From Kineococcus radiotolerans SRS30216 = ATCC BAA-149 (GTDB taxonomy: Bacteria; Actinomycetota; Actinomycetes; Actinomycetales; Kineococcaceae): 32,000 nucleotides of DNA. The stretch is from positions 4,590,001 to 4,622,000 of the forward strand of contig NC_009664.2 of NCBI RefSeq assembly GCF_000017305.1, read 5' to 3'. The notes beneath the pieces were generated by a model. That model was not told where the DNA came from. It made no database searches and worked only from the letters and a program-made list of their open reading frames with translations. This document shows positions 1-8,530 of this stretch, piece after piece. The translations under genes and the position numbers were made by a program. The number at the start of each line of letters is the position of its first letter. Position 1 is the first letter of the stretch.

Positions 1-26
1 AGCCGTTCTCCTACTACACCGCAGAG

Positions 27-335
27 ATGGTCCTGTGGCTGGCGGCGTGTCTGCTGCTGTGCGCGCCGCTGGGACTGAGCGGGGCGTGGTCTCGACGCCG
101 GGACCGGTGGGGGCTGGTGGCCGGGCTCGTCGTGCCTCTCGGGGCGGCGGTGCAGATGGCGGTCCTACCACCGGGCCTGGACGGGGTGATCGTGTACCCG
201 CAGGCGGTGTGGGCGCGGTGGACGGTGTGGGTGGTGGCGGCGGCGGCGGCGGCGGTGAGTGCGGCGCTGCTGCTGCGGCGCTGGAGACGCTTTCGAGTGC
301 GCGGCGCTGCGGCTGACGTCGGTGCCCTGTGGTGA
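27..335 (+). CDS. hypothetical integral membrane protein (frame open to window start, possibly 5'-partial)
   Basis: 102-aa ORF with G/C-rich third codon positions. Hydrophobic stretches LWLAACLLLCAPLGL and WTVWVVAAAAAAVSAALLL. No in-frame stop between nt 3 and the ATG at 27. Confidence 0.55.
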   Translation: MVLWLAACLLLCAPLGLSGAWSRRRDRWGLVAGLVVPLGAAVQMAVLPPGLDGVIVYPQAVWARWTVWVVAAAAAAVSAALLLRRWRRFRVRGAAADVGALW

Positions 336-435
336 CGGGCTGGGTGCTTGCCATGGCCGGGGTGTTCGGTCCTGGTGGTGCGGCTTACCAGTGGCGGAGG
401 TCGGTGCCGGCTCAGCGGTCGGTTCCGCGGCCGGC

Positions 436-789
436 TCAGCGGCGCCCCAGCACGCTGAGCAGCACCATTGGTACGCACAGCACGGTTTGTGGAACAGCGA
501 CCAGCAGCACGCTGACGCGTACGGCGGCGCGTTGCCGGGCGGCGATGGCGGCGGTCACCGCCGTCGGGGTGCACGCGGCTGCCGCGGCCATCAACACCAG
601 CACGGCAACGGGGACGGCGCCAGGGTCGAAGACCGGCCACATCACGGCCGAGAAGAAGACCGGTACGGCGATTACCAGCAGGCCACCGCCGATGCCGGCA
701 GCCAACAACGAGGCCTTGGCATTGTCGGCCAGGTTCAGGTGGTGATCGCTCACCTGCTCAGGATGCCGCCGCCACGGGGACTCGCGCAT
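436..789 (-). CDS. small integral membrane protein, hypothetical
   Basis: Part of the 436..846 ORF. ATG at 789 (alternatives: TTG 846, GTG 753). Three hydrophobic segments (LLAAGIGGGLLVIAVPVFF, AVPVAVLVLMAAAAA, VLLVAVPQTVLCVPMVLL). Confidence 0.55.
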   Translation of the reverse strand: MRESPWRRHPEQVSDHHLNLADNAKASLLAAGIGGGLLVIAVPVFFSAVMWPVFDPGAVPVAVLVLMAAAAACTPTAVTAAIAARQRAAVRVSVLLVAVPQTVLCVPMVLLSVLGRR

Positions 790-867
790 CACCTTCGGTG
801 GTCTCACTCGGTGTGGACATCGCCACGAGCGCGAAGTCGCAGCCAATTGTAGTCACGCCCGTATCGC

Positions 868-885
868 GGGATGACCGTGAGGTTG
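868..885 (+). repeat. GGGATGACC-core intergenic repeat
   Basis: GGGATGACCGTGAGGTTG, preceded by CGCCCGTATCGC. Lies 45 nt past the stop of the minus-strand gene at 931. Confidence 0.9.
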
Positions 886-930
886 GGCTGAGGTCGGGGG
901 CGGTGAGGCCTGCATGTTGATGGGACGCGC

Positions 931-1770
931 TCAGGCGAGCGACAACGTCTGCACCGCCTGGGAGCCGTCTCGGTAGGTGACGTCGACGTCCACGCCGTGG
1001 ACGGCGTCGAGGAGTTCATCGCCGGGGAACCACAAGGCGAACCGTCCCGCGTTGACAGTGGCGGTCACGTCCCCGTTCGAGGCGCTGCGGTAGACCACCC
1101 CCGTGACGTCATCTCCGGCGAAGCCAGCAGCCACCGACAGCTCTCCGGCGTCGAGGCTGCCGGTGCCCAGATCGGTCGCGCTCAGCTCCCGAGGCCCGGG
1201 AACCGGCACGTCAGGGACACCGATGGAGCCGAACACGTCGCCGGCGAAAAGTGCGCGCGAGTCGTCGGTGATGCACAGCGCCGAGAAGCCGTCTTCTCCG
1301 GTCAGCATCACGGTGGACCATTCCCCTCGGCGCTCGGCGACTGCGACCGCGGCGCCGGCCAGTTGGGGGTAGCGGTCGGCGAAGCCGTCGCTGCTCTGCT
1401 GCTCACGGCAACTGCTCGCCGCGGCGGCGCTGTCGGCGGCGCTGAGGCCAGCCGGGGCCGCGGTCCAGCTGGCGTAGGCACGGTCCCCGCCGAAGGGGGA
1501 GGGCAGGACGAAGACACCGGCGGTGGCTGCAGCTACCAGGCCTGCCGCTAGGACGATGCGCCGGCCCGTGCGCGGGCCCGTGCGCTGCCCGGTGCGCCGA
1601 TCGGGGACGGCGAGGGAACCGGGCAGGTCGCTGGTCAGGATGCGGTCCAGGTCGGCGCGGGCGCGGGCTGCGCCCCTGGAGTCGTCGTCGAGGTGGTCGA
1701 TGGGCGGAGCGGCGTCCAGCGTGCGCAGGGCCGTCTCGATGTCATGGGTCTTGGCGTCGGTGCGGGTCAC
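931..1770 (-). CDS. single-pass membrane protein, putative anti-sigma partner of the upstream ECF sigma
   Basis: GTG at 1770 overlaps the sigma gene stop (GTGA overlap at 1767-1770). Cytoplasmic N-terminus, one TM segment (IVLAAGLVAAATAGVFVL), extracytoplasmic C-terminal domain. Confidence 0.7.
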   Translation of the reverse strand: MTRTDAKTHDIETALRTLDAAPPIDHLDDDSRGAARARADLDRILTSDLPGSLAVPDRRTGQRTGPRTGRRIVLAAGLVAAATAGVFVLPSPFGGDRAYASWTAAPAGLSAADSAAAASSCREQQSSDGFADRYPQLAGAAVAVAERRGEWSTVMLTGEDGFSALCITDDSRALFAGDVFGSIGVPDVPVPGPRELSATDLGTGSLDAGELSVAAGFAGDDVTGVVYRSASNGDVTATVNAGRFALWFPGDELLDAVHGVDVDVTYRDGSQAVQTLSLA

Positions 1771-2348
1771 GGGATGCTCCTGAAGGCGGGGTCGGCGGAC
1801 GGTCGCCGACTGGTGAGCGGGGGGTGGTCCAGGTGCAGGCGCAGAGCGCGCCGGGCTCGGCTCAGCCGTAGGCGGAAGGCCACCGCGGAGATGCCCAGCA
1901 CGCTCGCGGCGCGGGAGGAGTCCAGACCGTCGAAGACGACGAGGCTGAGAGCTTCCTGGTGGACCGCCGACAGCCGTTGCCAGGCGCGGGTCAGGTCGAC
2001 GCGGTTCACGACCCCGTCGGCTTCGCTGCTGGCCTCGCTGCGGAACTTCTCGTCCCGGTCGTGGTGCTCGGCCAGACGAACGCTGAGGGCCAGGTGACGC
2101 CGTTGCCCGCGGGCCTGGTTGAGCAGCACGTTGCGGGTGATGCCGTAGGCCCACGCTCGGACGTCCTCCAGACCTGTCGGTGCCTGCTCCAAGCGGCGCC
2201 ACATCACCAGGAAGGCGTCGGCGACGACGTCTTCAGCTGCTGCGGTGCCCGTGGCGGCGTGGCGCCGATGCACGAAGCGCAGCAGCTGAGGACGAAGCTC
2301 GGCGTAGAGCGCCCGGAAGCGGTCTTCCCGGGTCGGTGGTGGGCTCAT
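1767..2348 (-). CDS. ECF-type RNA polymerase sigma-70 family factor
   Basis: 193 aa from the ATG at 2348. Region 2-like AEDVVADAFLVMWRR and region 4 HTH-like SRAASVLGISAVAFRLRLSRARRAL. Confidence 0.9.
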   Translation of the reverse strand: MSPPPTREDRFRALYAELRPQLLRFVHRRHAATGTAAAEDVVADAFLVMWRRLEQAPTGLEDVRAWAYGITRNVLLNQARGQRRHLALSVRLAEHHDRDEKFRSEASSEADGVVNRVDLTRAWQRLSAVHQEALSLVVFDGLDSSRAASVLGISAVAFRLRLSRARRALRLHLDHPPLTSRRPSADPAFRSIP

Positions 2349-2488
2349 GCTCCCTCCATGTCCGGCACGGAGCCGAGTGTGTCGCTGTTCTTCTCGGCCT
2401 GCTCCTGCACCACTCACCGCGGTCTTCGAGACGTCTGGAGATCGCCATGTCCGCGACGTCGCCAGCCATCGGCGACCGCGCACAACGC

Positions 2489-2506
2489 GGGATGACCGCG
2501 CGTTCG
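2489..2506 (+). repeat. GGGATGACC-core intergenic repeat
   Basis: GCGCACAACGC-GGGATGACCGCGCGTTCG. Lies 28 nt from the stop at 2535 and 140 nt from the sigma start at 2348. Confidence 0.9.
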
Positions 2507-2534
2507 CTAAGCGGTGGTCTCACGTGCAGGAGGC

Positions 2535-2792
2535 TCACGCAGCCTCGGTGCCACCCCGTGTCCGCCACGCGATCCAGGCCGTCGCCATCAGCCACGTCCC
2601 TCCGGCCAGGCCCGCCCCGAAGGCGATCCGAGACACCGGCCAGCTCAGGAAGGCGAGGTCCTCGTGGCCGGCATCTCTGAGGCTGGCCTTCAGGGACGGC
2701 CCGAAGAACAACAGCGCGGCGCACAGCACGACGAGCGACGCCCCACCGAGAGCACGAGCGGTGAGGTGGGGCGTGGACGTGGAAGAGGACAT
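2535..2792 (-). CDS. small membrane protein, hypothetical
   Basis: ATG at 2792 with GGAAAG upstream. 85 aa with two hydrophobic helices (LGGASLVVLCAALLFFG, FGAGLAGGTWLMATAWIAW). Confidence 0.55.
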   Translation of the reverse strand: MSSSTSTPHLTARALGGASLVVLCAALLFFGPSLKASLRDAGHEDLAFLSWPVSRIAFGAGLAGGTWLMATAWIAWRTRGGTEAA

Positions 2793-2910
2793 GCGGTGAT
2801 CTTTCCGCATCGGCTGCATCCAGACGCCTGCGTCGCTGCGGTTCAGGGCTCAACGAACTCATGGTCATCGGCACGAGCGGACGTGTCTGGCCGTCAGCGG
2901 CCGCCCGTAT

Positions 2911-2930
2911 CGCGCCACGACCGCGAGGTC
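2911..2930 (+). repeat. degenerate copy of the intergenic repeat
   Basis: CGCCCGTAT-CGCGCCACGACCGCGAGGTC. Shares its 5' flank with the copy at 868. A GGTCATCGG partner arm lies upstream at about 2863. Confidence 0.6.
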
Positions 2931-2980
2931 AGCACCGGGTGAGGACCCCGGCCAGCATCCGCCGAGGTGCCTACGAGGGT

Positions 2981-3553
2981 TCAGTCGTGGACGACCAGTG
3001 AGGTGGGGAAACCGCCGGGGTCCGGGCACACCCGCACCGCGGCCGGTGGTGGGATGCCCACCACCGCGCTCAGGCTGTAGTCGGTGCAGTCGGTGGTCTC
3101 CCACACCCCGCCCAGGGCGATGCCCAGGTGCGGTGCCGTCCACGGGCGTTCGTCGCGGATCTCGACCAGGACCAGGTGCCCGTGCAGCCAGCGCCCGGCG
3201 GGCAACCGCAGGTCCAGCGCCTGGCCGGCCTGGACGGTCTGCTCGCCGATGAACCACCGCCGGCCGTGCTCGGTGGCCCGTTCCTCCAGGACGGTGGCGG
3301 GGTCCGGGCCGACGAGGCGTTCCCAGTGCTCACGGGCCCACACCTCGTAGCAGGCTTCGTCCAGCTCCGGGGTCCACGGTCCGCGGACGACGTCAGACCC
3401 GGTCCAGCCGCAGGCGCACCGGGGGAAGAGCGGCGAGCCGTCGGTACCGGTGTCGTTATCGGTGTCGTTATTAGTGTCGGTGACACTGGCGGCGGGCTGC
3501 ACGGTGCCCGCGATGCGCACTCCGACCTCGTGGCTGTGGTCGTCCATGCCCAT
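2981..3553 (-). CDS. hypothetical protein
   Basis: 190-aa ORF. ATG at 3553 preceded by GAGGAGG at about 7 nt. High GC3. No family recognised. Confidence 0.7.
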   Translation of the reverse strand: MGMDDHSHEVGVRIAGTVQPAASVTDTNNDTDNDTGTDGSPLFPRCACGWTGSDVVRGPWTPELDEACYEVWAREHWERLVGPDPATVLEERATEHGRRWFIGEQTVQAGQALDLRLPAGRWLHGHLVLVEIRDERPWTAPHLGIALGGVWETTDCTDYSLSAVVGIPPPAAVRVCPDPGGFPTSLVVHD

Positions 3554-3616
3554 GCTGCGACCTCCTCGACGTCCTGCTGCAAGCCTAGGGACAGTGATCG
3601 CTGCGCGTCAGGTGAT

Positions 3617-3630
3617 CGATGAACCTCAAG
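3617..3630 (+). repeat. possible strongly degenerate repeat copy
   Basis: CGATGAACCTCAAG matches about 10/15 positions of GGATGACCGTGAAGT. It is the only candidate in this intergenic gap. Confidence 0.3.
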
Positions 3631-3744
3631 CACGCGGCGGACCATCTGCGATGCGTCCTGTGAGCGCGTTCGACACGGTCGTGGTCGTGGTCGTGGTCGC
3701 GCCCGCCGCGTTGCCCGTCGGGGCGGCGGCGAGGGGCTCGTGGC

Positions 3745-4410
3745 CTACAGCTCGCCTCGTGCGACGCGCCGTTGTCCCTCGTTGGCCTCCAGGGCGGCCA
3801 CGACGGCTGAGTCCTCATCCGCGGCGAGCAGGGCCACGACGTCATCGGGTAGGCGGTCATCACCGGCCAGGTACCAGCGCGCGATGGGCGAGCCCTCCCG
3901 AGCCAGGCGGTGGGCCCGCTGCAGGTCCAGGGGGAGTCTCTCGGAGGGGGTGTCGCCTCGCTCGATGGCCAGCTGCAGCAACGCGGGCAACCGGTACTTG
4001 CCCAGCTCGTCCAGCTGACGCTGTGGTGTCACGTTCAGGGAGAGGACCGCGTCTGTGCCGGACCAGGTGCTCCAGTCCGGGTCCGCCTCGCCGGGCTGCA
4101 CCGCGCCCGCCTGCCCGGAGTCAATCAGGGCGCGCAGTGCGCTGGCGAGGTGCAGTAGTCGCTGGTGGGCGTGCTCGTCGTCGCCGTGGGTGAAGATCGA
4201 CAGGTTCGGAGCGTGGTCGCCGGATTCCACCGTCCAAGAGGTGTCCGTGGCGTGGGACCAGGATCCGCTCGTCGTGCCACGTACCCAGCCGGTTTCGGTG
4301 AGAGCGGTGGCCATCGCCTCGACGCTGCTGAGCAGGCCGGTACCGGTGGCGCGCTGCAGCAGCAGCAGGACACCTGCGGGGACCTCGTGGGGCTGGGTGG
4401 CGATGGTCAC
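3745..4410 (-). CDS. hypothetical protein
   Basis: GTG at 4410 with AAAGGA 5 nt upstream. 221 aa. C-terminal part resembles helical repeats (DDVVALLAADEDSAVVAALEANE). Confidence 0.65.
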   Translation of the reverse strand: MTIATQPHEVPAGVLLLLQRATGTGLLSSVEAMATALTETGWVRGTTSGSWSHATDTSWTVESGDHAPNLSIFTHGDDEHAHQRLLHLASALRALIDSGQAGAVQPGEADPDWSTWSGTDAVLSLNVTPQRQLDELGKYRLPALLQLAIERGDTPSERLPLDLQRAHRLAREGSPIARWYLAGDDRLPDDVVALLAADEDSAVVAALEANEGQRRVARGEL

Positions 4411-4585
4411 GACGATCCTTTGAGAGGCGGCGGTGTGCGGACCCGATGATCGTGCAGGAGCCGCTGCGCCGATGTCGAGGCACGCTCGCTCTCCGGAGAT
4501 ACGGAGGTGATCGTCGTGCTCGGCTTGCATCCGGACATCGGCGAGACTGCAAGATCATCGATGACCGGGACCGCGCCTGGGTCGC

Positions 4586-4603
4586 GGGATGACCGTGAGG
4601 TTC
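4586..4603 (+). repeat. GGGATGACC-core intergenic repeat
   Basis: GGGATGACCGTGAGGTTC. A partial tandem copy CGATGACCGGGACCG lies at 4559-4573 and a GATCATCG arm at 4553-4560. Confidence 0.9.
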
Positions 4604-4780
4604 TGTATGCCGAAATGAGGCCGCGCGACCCGGTCGATCCAGCCCGGGCGAGCATCCCCCCGAAGCGGTGGGGGTGCTTGTTTGCGCTGACGCGCAGTCA
4701 CTTCTTCCGTTCAGGGTTATCTCATGCGGTTTAACCAGTGGCCTGGGCGCTGAAGTGCAACGCCGGAGCAGGCGGCTACT

Positions 4781-4864
4781 GGGGGAGGCTCACTGGGGGA
4801 GGCTCACTGGGGGAGGCTCACTGGGGGAGGCTCACTGGGGGAGGCTCACTGGGGGAGGCTCACT
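4781..4864. repeat. perfect tandem repeat, 14 bp x 6
   Basis: GGGGGAGGCTCACT repeated six times without mismatch. The unit is not a multiple of 3. Intergenic, ending 18 nt before the PP2C gene stop. Confidence 0.95.
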
Positions 4865-4880
4865 GATGAACGCGCAGGAG
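4863..4880 (+). repeat. degenerate copy of the intergenic repeat
   Basis: CTGATGAACGCGCAGGAG resembles the GGGATGAACGCGAGGTG variant at 10632. Ends 2 nt from the stop codon at 4883. Confidence 0.45.
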
Positions 4881-4882
4881 GA

Positions 4883-6085
4883 TCAGCGGCGCTGTTGTCG
4901 GTGTCGCGTGTCGGTGTGGGTCTCGGTGCCTTGGTTGGGCACGGTGCTTGCTGCGGGGGCGTATTCAATGGCGAGGATGGTGACGTCGTCGGTGGCGGGG
5001 CCTTGAACCCAGTCGGTGATGGCGTTGCGCAGCTTGGCCAGGCCCTCGGGCAGGGTTCCGGTGCCCAGGCTGGGGGCGGCGAGTCGGGTCAGGGGGAAGA
5101 AGGCGCCGTCGCGGGGTCGGCGGGCTTCGGTGACGCCGTCGGTGTAGAGCACGATGCGGTCCCCGGGTTCCAAGGCAATCTGGGTGGTGTCACTGTCGGT
5201 GGGGTCGCCGTTGGTGGGGTCGCTCTCGGTGGTCAGGCCCAGCGGGGGTGCGGGTCGAGCAGGGTCCAGGCTGATCGCGGCGCCGGCTCGGATCAGTAGG
5301 GCTGGCGGGTGTCCGGCGTTGAGGATGCGCAGCTGGCCTGCGTCGACTTCGGCGAGGAGGGCGGTGACGAAGTCCTCCTCCGCCCCTGCCCGCGCGACGG
5401 CCCGGTCGAGGTCGTGGGCCAGGTCGGTGAGGTCGTGTCGTTCGTGGGCGCGTTCGCGGAAGGAGCCCAGGACGGTGGCGGCGAGGTGAACAGCGTCGAG
5501 GCCGTGCCCGCGGACGTCGGCGAGGAGAAGGCGGATGCCGTGGGGGGTGGTGAAGGCGGCGTAGGCGTCGCCGCCGATGTCGGCTTCGGTGTCGGCGGAG
5601 TCGTAGGAGGCGGCGACGTTGAGGGGGCCCAGGCGCTTGGGGATGGGCGGCAGGATCGCGCTTTGGGCGATCGCGGCGATGCGGGTGACGCGCAGCAGGT
5701 GCTCCTCGCGCCCTGTACGTGAGTGGGCGGTGAAGGTGGAGAGGACGGTGCAGGTGACGATGATGGACAGGCGCACGAGCTGGGTGTCGAGCGCATCGGC
5801 GTACTGGCCTTGCGCCGCGCCCAGGGCGGCGCCTTCGGCGAGGGCAATCAGGCCGTAGGCGGCGGTGGTGCGGGCCGGTAGGGAGCTGGCGGCCAGCAGG
5901 GGCGCGATGATCACGAAGGCCAGCAGGACGACGGTGGGGCCAGTCAGCAGGTCGATCAAGGCGACGAGGACGAGCACCGCAGCGGGCAGCCACGCGCGGA
6001 GCCGCTGCGTCCATGCCCTGCGGGGCTGGTGCCTCCATCCCCCGCGGGGAGCAGGGTGCGGTCGCAGGGCCGGCTGCAGCACCAT
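4883..6085 (-). CDS. membrane-anchored PP2C-family (SpoIIE-like) serine/threonine phosphatase
   Basis: C-terminal PP2C/SpoIIE signatures (DVRGHGLDAVHLAA, LRILNAGHPPALL, IVLYTDGVTEAR, DDVTILAIE). Hydrophobic N-terminal half. Start set at ATG 6085, though the ORF is open to 6241. Confidence 0.85.
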   Translation of the reverse strand: MVLQPALRPHPAPRGGWRHQPRRAWTQRLRAWLPAAVLVLVALIDLLTGPTVVLLAFVIIAPLLAASSLPARTTAAYGLIALAEGAALGAAQGQYADALDTQLVRLSIIVTCTVLSTFTAHSRTGREEHLLRVTRIAAIAQSAILPPIPKRLGPLNVAASYDSADTEADIGGDAYAAFTTPHGIRLLLADVRGHGLDAVHLAATVLGSFRERAHERHDLTDLAHDLDRAVARAGAEEDFVTALLAEVDAGQLRILNAGHPPALLIRAGAAISLDPARPAPPLGLTTESDPTNGDPTDSDTTQIALEPGDRIVLYTDGVTEARRPRDGAFFPLTRLAAPSLGTGTLPEGLAKLRNAITDWVQGPATDDVTILAIEYAPAASTVPNQGTETHTDTRHRQQRR

Positions 6086-6334
6086 GCACGCAGTGTTACG
6101 TCTCCTAGAAGTCTGTGCAGGCTTTCGCGCGTCTTCGGCTGCGCTGTGCTCGGAGCACTCAAGCGTTCGCGGCGTCAGCTCGTCCCTGCGCCCAGCTCGT
6201 CTCTGGGTGAGGTGCACGTCAGCCGCAGCAGCAGAAGCCACCTGACCCGACCTGGCCTGGCCTGACTCGACGCTGGTGCCTCAACTCCGTGCTGCCTCAG
6301 CGGCCTGGCCGGCGGGGAGAGAAGCACGGATCGC

Positions 6335-6352
6335 GGGATGACCGTGAGGTCT
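6335..6352 (+). repeat. GGGATGACC-core intergenic repeat
   Basis: CGGATCGC-GGGATGACCGTGAGGTCT. Lies 30 nt from the stop at 6383. Confidence 0.9.
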
Positions 6353-6382
6353 TGACTGCGTTAAGCCGAGTCGGCTGAGCAG

Positions 6383-6874
6383 TCAGGGACGGGCGTCGGA
6401 GATGACGACGCGGTAGGCCGCTACGGGGCCACCGGTGATGTCGAGGGTGACAACCTCCGAGGGCGCGCCGTTGAGGGCGTAGGCCTGGCGCTTGCTCGTC
6501 GGCTGGCAGGAGCCGTCCGCGTGGTTGGCGCCGTCGACGATGGCGGCGGGAGACCATGGTCGCTGGTCGCGGTGCTGCACCGCGATGGTGCTGCTGGCCG
6601 GCCCGGCGCAGTCGATGACCACGAAAGCGTGGCCGCTGGTGGGCAGGGTTGCCGTCAGGGAGGTGCGCACGTCCTGCAGCGAGTCGGCGGTGTCAGCGTT
6701 CGTGGCGTCGGCGTTCAGCATCGTCGCGGTCAGCGTGGCGCCCGGGGGCATCGGAGGCAGCAGCACTGTTGGTTCGTCGGCTCCGGCTGAGCGGGTGGCC
6801 AGCACGGCGATGGCGAGACCAACGACCACGGTCCCGGTGAGGAGCAGGGGCCGTGGTGCACGACGAGTCGTCAT
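6383..6874 (-). CDS. secreted hypothetical protein
   Basis: ATG at 6874 preceded by GAGGAG. N-terminal signal-like MTTRRAPRPLLLTGTVVVGLAIAVLATRSAGA. 163 aa. Confidence 0.7.
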   Translation of the reverse strand: MTTRRAPRPLLLTGTVVVGLAIAVLATRSAGADEPTVLLPPMPPGATLTATMLNADATNADTADSLQDVRTSLTATLPTSGHAFVVIDCAGPASSTIAVQHRDQRPWSPAAIVDGANHADGSCQPTSKRQAYALNGAPSEVVTLDITGGPVAAYRVVISDARP

Positions 6875-7038
6875 CGGGTCTCCTCGGTGCGGGCTGCGGT
6901 GGGCGAGCGGTAGGCAGGTTCGCACGCCGGACCTGCTGGGCGCAGCCATTTGCGATCTTGCTGGAGGGTCCGTAGTGGTCGCGCGGTCATCGCCAGGACC
7001 GCGCTGTCGTTGGCCGCTGGCAGCAGCGCGCACAACGC

Positions 7039-7056
7039 GGCATGACCGTGAAGTCG
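7039..7056 (+). repeat. GGGATGACC-core intergenic repeat (GGCATGACC variant)
   Basis: GCGCACAACGC-GGCATGACCGTGAAGTCG. Partner arm CGGTCATCGCC at 6984-6994. Lies 13 nt from the stop at 7070. Confidence 0.9.
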
Positions 7057-7069
7057 TGCGCCGCTCAGA

Positions 7070-7756
7070 TCAAGGTCGGAGGCGCCGCTGGAGTGCCTTG
7101 ATGGAGTGGTCATCGAGGTGCAGCCAGCGCAGGTAGGCGTCGGTTGAGCCGTAGACGGCGCTGACGTGCTCGAGCATCTGCCGGATGTCGTCGCCACCTG
7201 TGCGGTGGTGCTCGGACCCGCCCGAGGTGCGGTCGGAGTCCTCTGGGAGCAGCGAGTAGTCGTCGATGATGACGTCGCGGTCCACACCGACGAGATCGAG
7301 CAAGAGGGCGATCACCATGCCGGTGCGATCTCGACCGGCGCGGCAGGAGAGCAGGACGGGGCCCGGCGCGGCATCGGCCAGGGCGGCAAAGATGGGCGCG
7401 ATGTGAGCGGCGTTGCGCTGCAGGCTGCTGCTGTAGATGTCCCCGAGGGTGTGGAACCGGCTGAAGTCCTCCTGGGCCTCGGCGACCGGGTCGATCAGGG
7501 GGAGTGACCGGTAGCCCGTCGATGTCGCCAGCGGGTGCGGGTGCGTCGACAGTTCGTGCTCGGAGCGCAGGTCCAGGACCGTGCTGAAGCCGAAGGAGGT
7601 CGCGGCGGTGAGCTCGTCCTGGCTCAGGTGCTGCGGGGTGTCGGCGCGGAGGATGCGTCGGATGGGTACCCGTTCGTAGCGAGGTAGCGGCAGGTCGGCG
7701 GAGTTCGCGAAGCCGGACAGCAGTCCGCGGGTACGGAGGGGGTTGCTCGCGTCCAC
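7070..7756 (-). CDS. protein tyrosine/serine phosphatase (CX5R, Y_phosphatase3-like)
   Basis: Active-site loop LLSCRAGRDRTGMV. Start uncertain: GTG 7756 chosen, ORF open to 7978. Confidence 0.8.
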   Translation of the reverse strand: MDASNPLRTRGLLSGFANSADLPLPRYERVPIRRILRADTPQHLSQDELTAATSFGFSTVLDLRSEHELSTHPHPLATSTGYRSLPLIDPVAEAQEDFSRFHTLGDIYSSSLQRNAAHIAPIFAALADAAPGPVLLSCRAGRDRTGMVIALLLDLVGVDRDVIIDDYSLLPEDSDRTSGGSEHHRTGGDDIRQMLEHVSAVYGSTDAYLRWLHLDDHSIKALQRRLRP

Positions 7757-7897
7757 GGTCTCGACCCTATGCAGAGGACCACTCCGGACGCATGAGGGTC
7801 GTGGGCCAGCGCATGGTGGTGATGACCAGGTGTCAGGTGCGAACCGCAATCGTCTGTCTTCCGAGACGATCGTGAGGTCCTCGACGTCCTGGCCAGC

Positions 7898-7915
7898 GGG
7901 ATGACCGTGAAGTCG
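7898..7915 (+). repeat. GGGATGACC-core intergenic repeat
   Basis: GGGATGACCGTGAAGTCG. Flanked by degenerate copies GACGATCGTGAGGTCC (7865-7880) and GGTACGACCGCGAGGGCG (7944-7961). Confidence 0.9.
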
Positions 7916-8083
7916 CAGCCCGCCGTGACCGCGTCTGCAGCGCGGTACGACCGCGAGGGCGACCCTGGTGGCCCCCACTACGTCCAGGCTGGATCTCGAC
8001 CTCGTTCCCGGCAGAAGGTTGCCCCTGCCGGGACCGATCCGCGCCGGTGGAAGCGCTTCTTCCTCCCCCTCCTGGTCGAGTTT

Positions 8084-8530
8084 TCACCCTTGTGACGGGA
8101 CATCGTGACGGGTGATGAGCAAGACCGCGGCGAGGAGTCCAGCGGTGGTACGTACGTGGTTCCAGCGCAACCACGCGCCGGCGTAGGCGCCGAACACCAC
8201 CTGCCCGTAGGCGAGGCGGTCGTTCAGCGGAACGTTGACGACGACGGTGACCGCCACGACGCCGAGGAGGTAGCTCGCACAACCGCCCACGACCAGGAGG
8301 TCGGAGTTACGAACGGCCAGCACCCCCAGCACCAGGCACGCGGCGGCAGTGCCGAACAGAACCACCATGAACGGCGGCCGGAGCGCGAGGACGTTGATGG
8401 AGCGCATCGCTCGTCCTGCCTCCGCCTCGGGCAGGCGCGCCAGCGCGGGTACGGCGAAGGTGGAGAAGGCGAAGAACACGCCACCGACCACCGCGCACCC
8501 GATTCCACTGGCCAGCGTCAGGGTCCTCAT
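8084..8530 (-). CDS. DUF1772-family (anthrone-oxygenase-like) membrane protein
   Basis: 148 aa with four hydrophobic helices. Motifs VFFAFSTFAVPALARLP and VNVPLNDRLA. The ATG at 8530 shares one nt with the TGA of the extended upstream frame. Confidence 0.75.
   Translation of the reverse strand: MRTLTLASGIGCAVVGGVFFAFSTFAVPALARLPEAEAGRAMRSINVLALRPPFMVVLFGTAAACLVLGVLAVRNSDLLVVGGCASYLLGVVAVTVVVNVPLNDRLAYGQVVFGAYAGAWLRWNHVRTTAGLLAAVLLITRHDVPSQG

Noticed and set aside
3701-3730. GC-rich inverted repeat after the stop of gene 3745..4410 as a terminator
   Set aside because: The arms (GCCCGCCGC / GGCGGCGGC) pair only imperfectly and no T-tract follows. Too weak to call.
7028-7056. ECF-type promoter reading of the GCGCACAAC-N16-GTCG sub-family (AAC, 16 nt, then GTC)
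   Set aside because: Only about 7 of 34 copies carry CACAAC, and the -35 lacks GGAAC. On the + strand it would mostly drive transcription antisense into the 3' ends of minus-strand genes. It remains a testable alternative, not a call.
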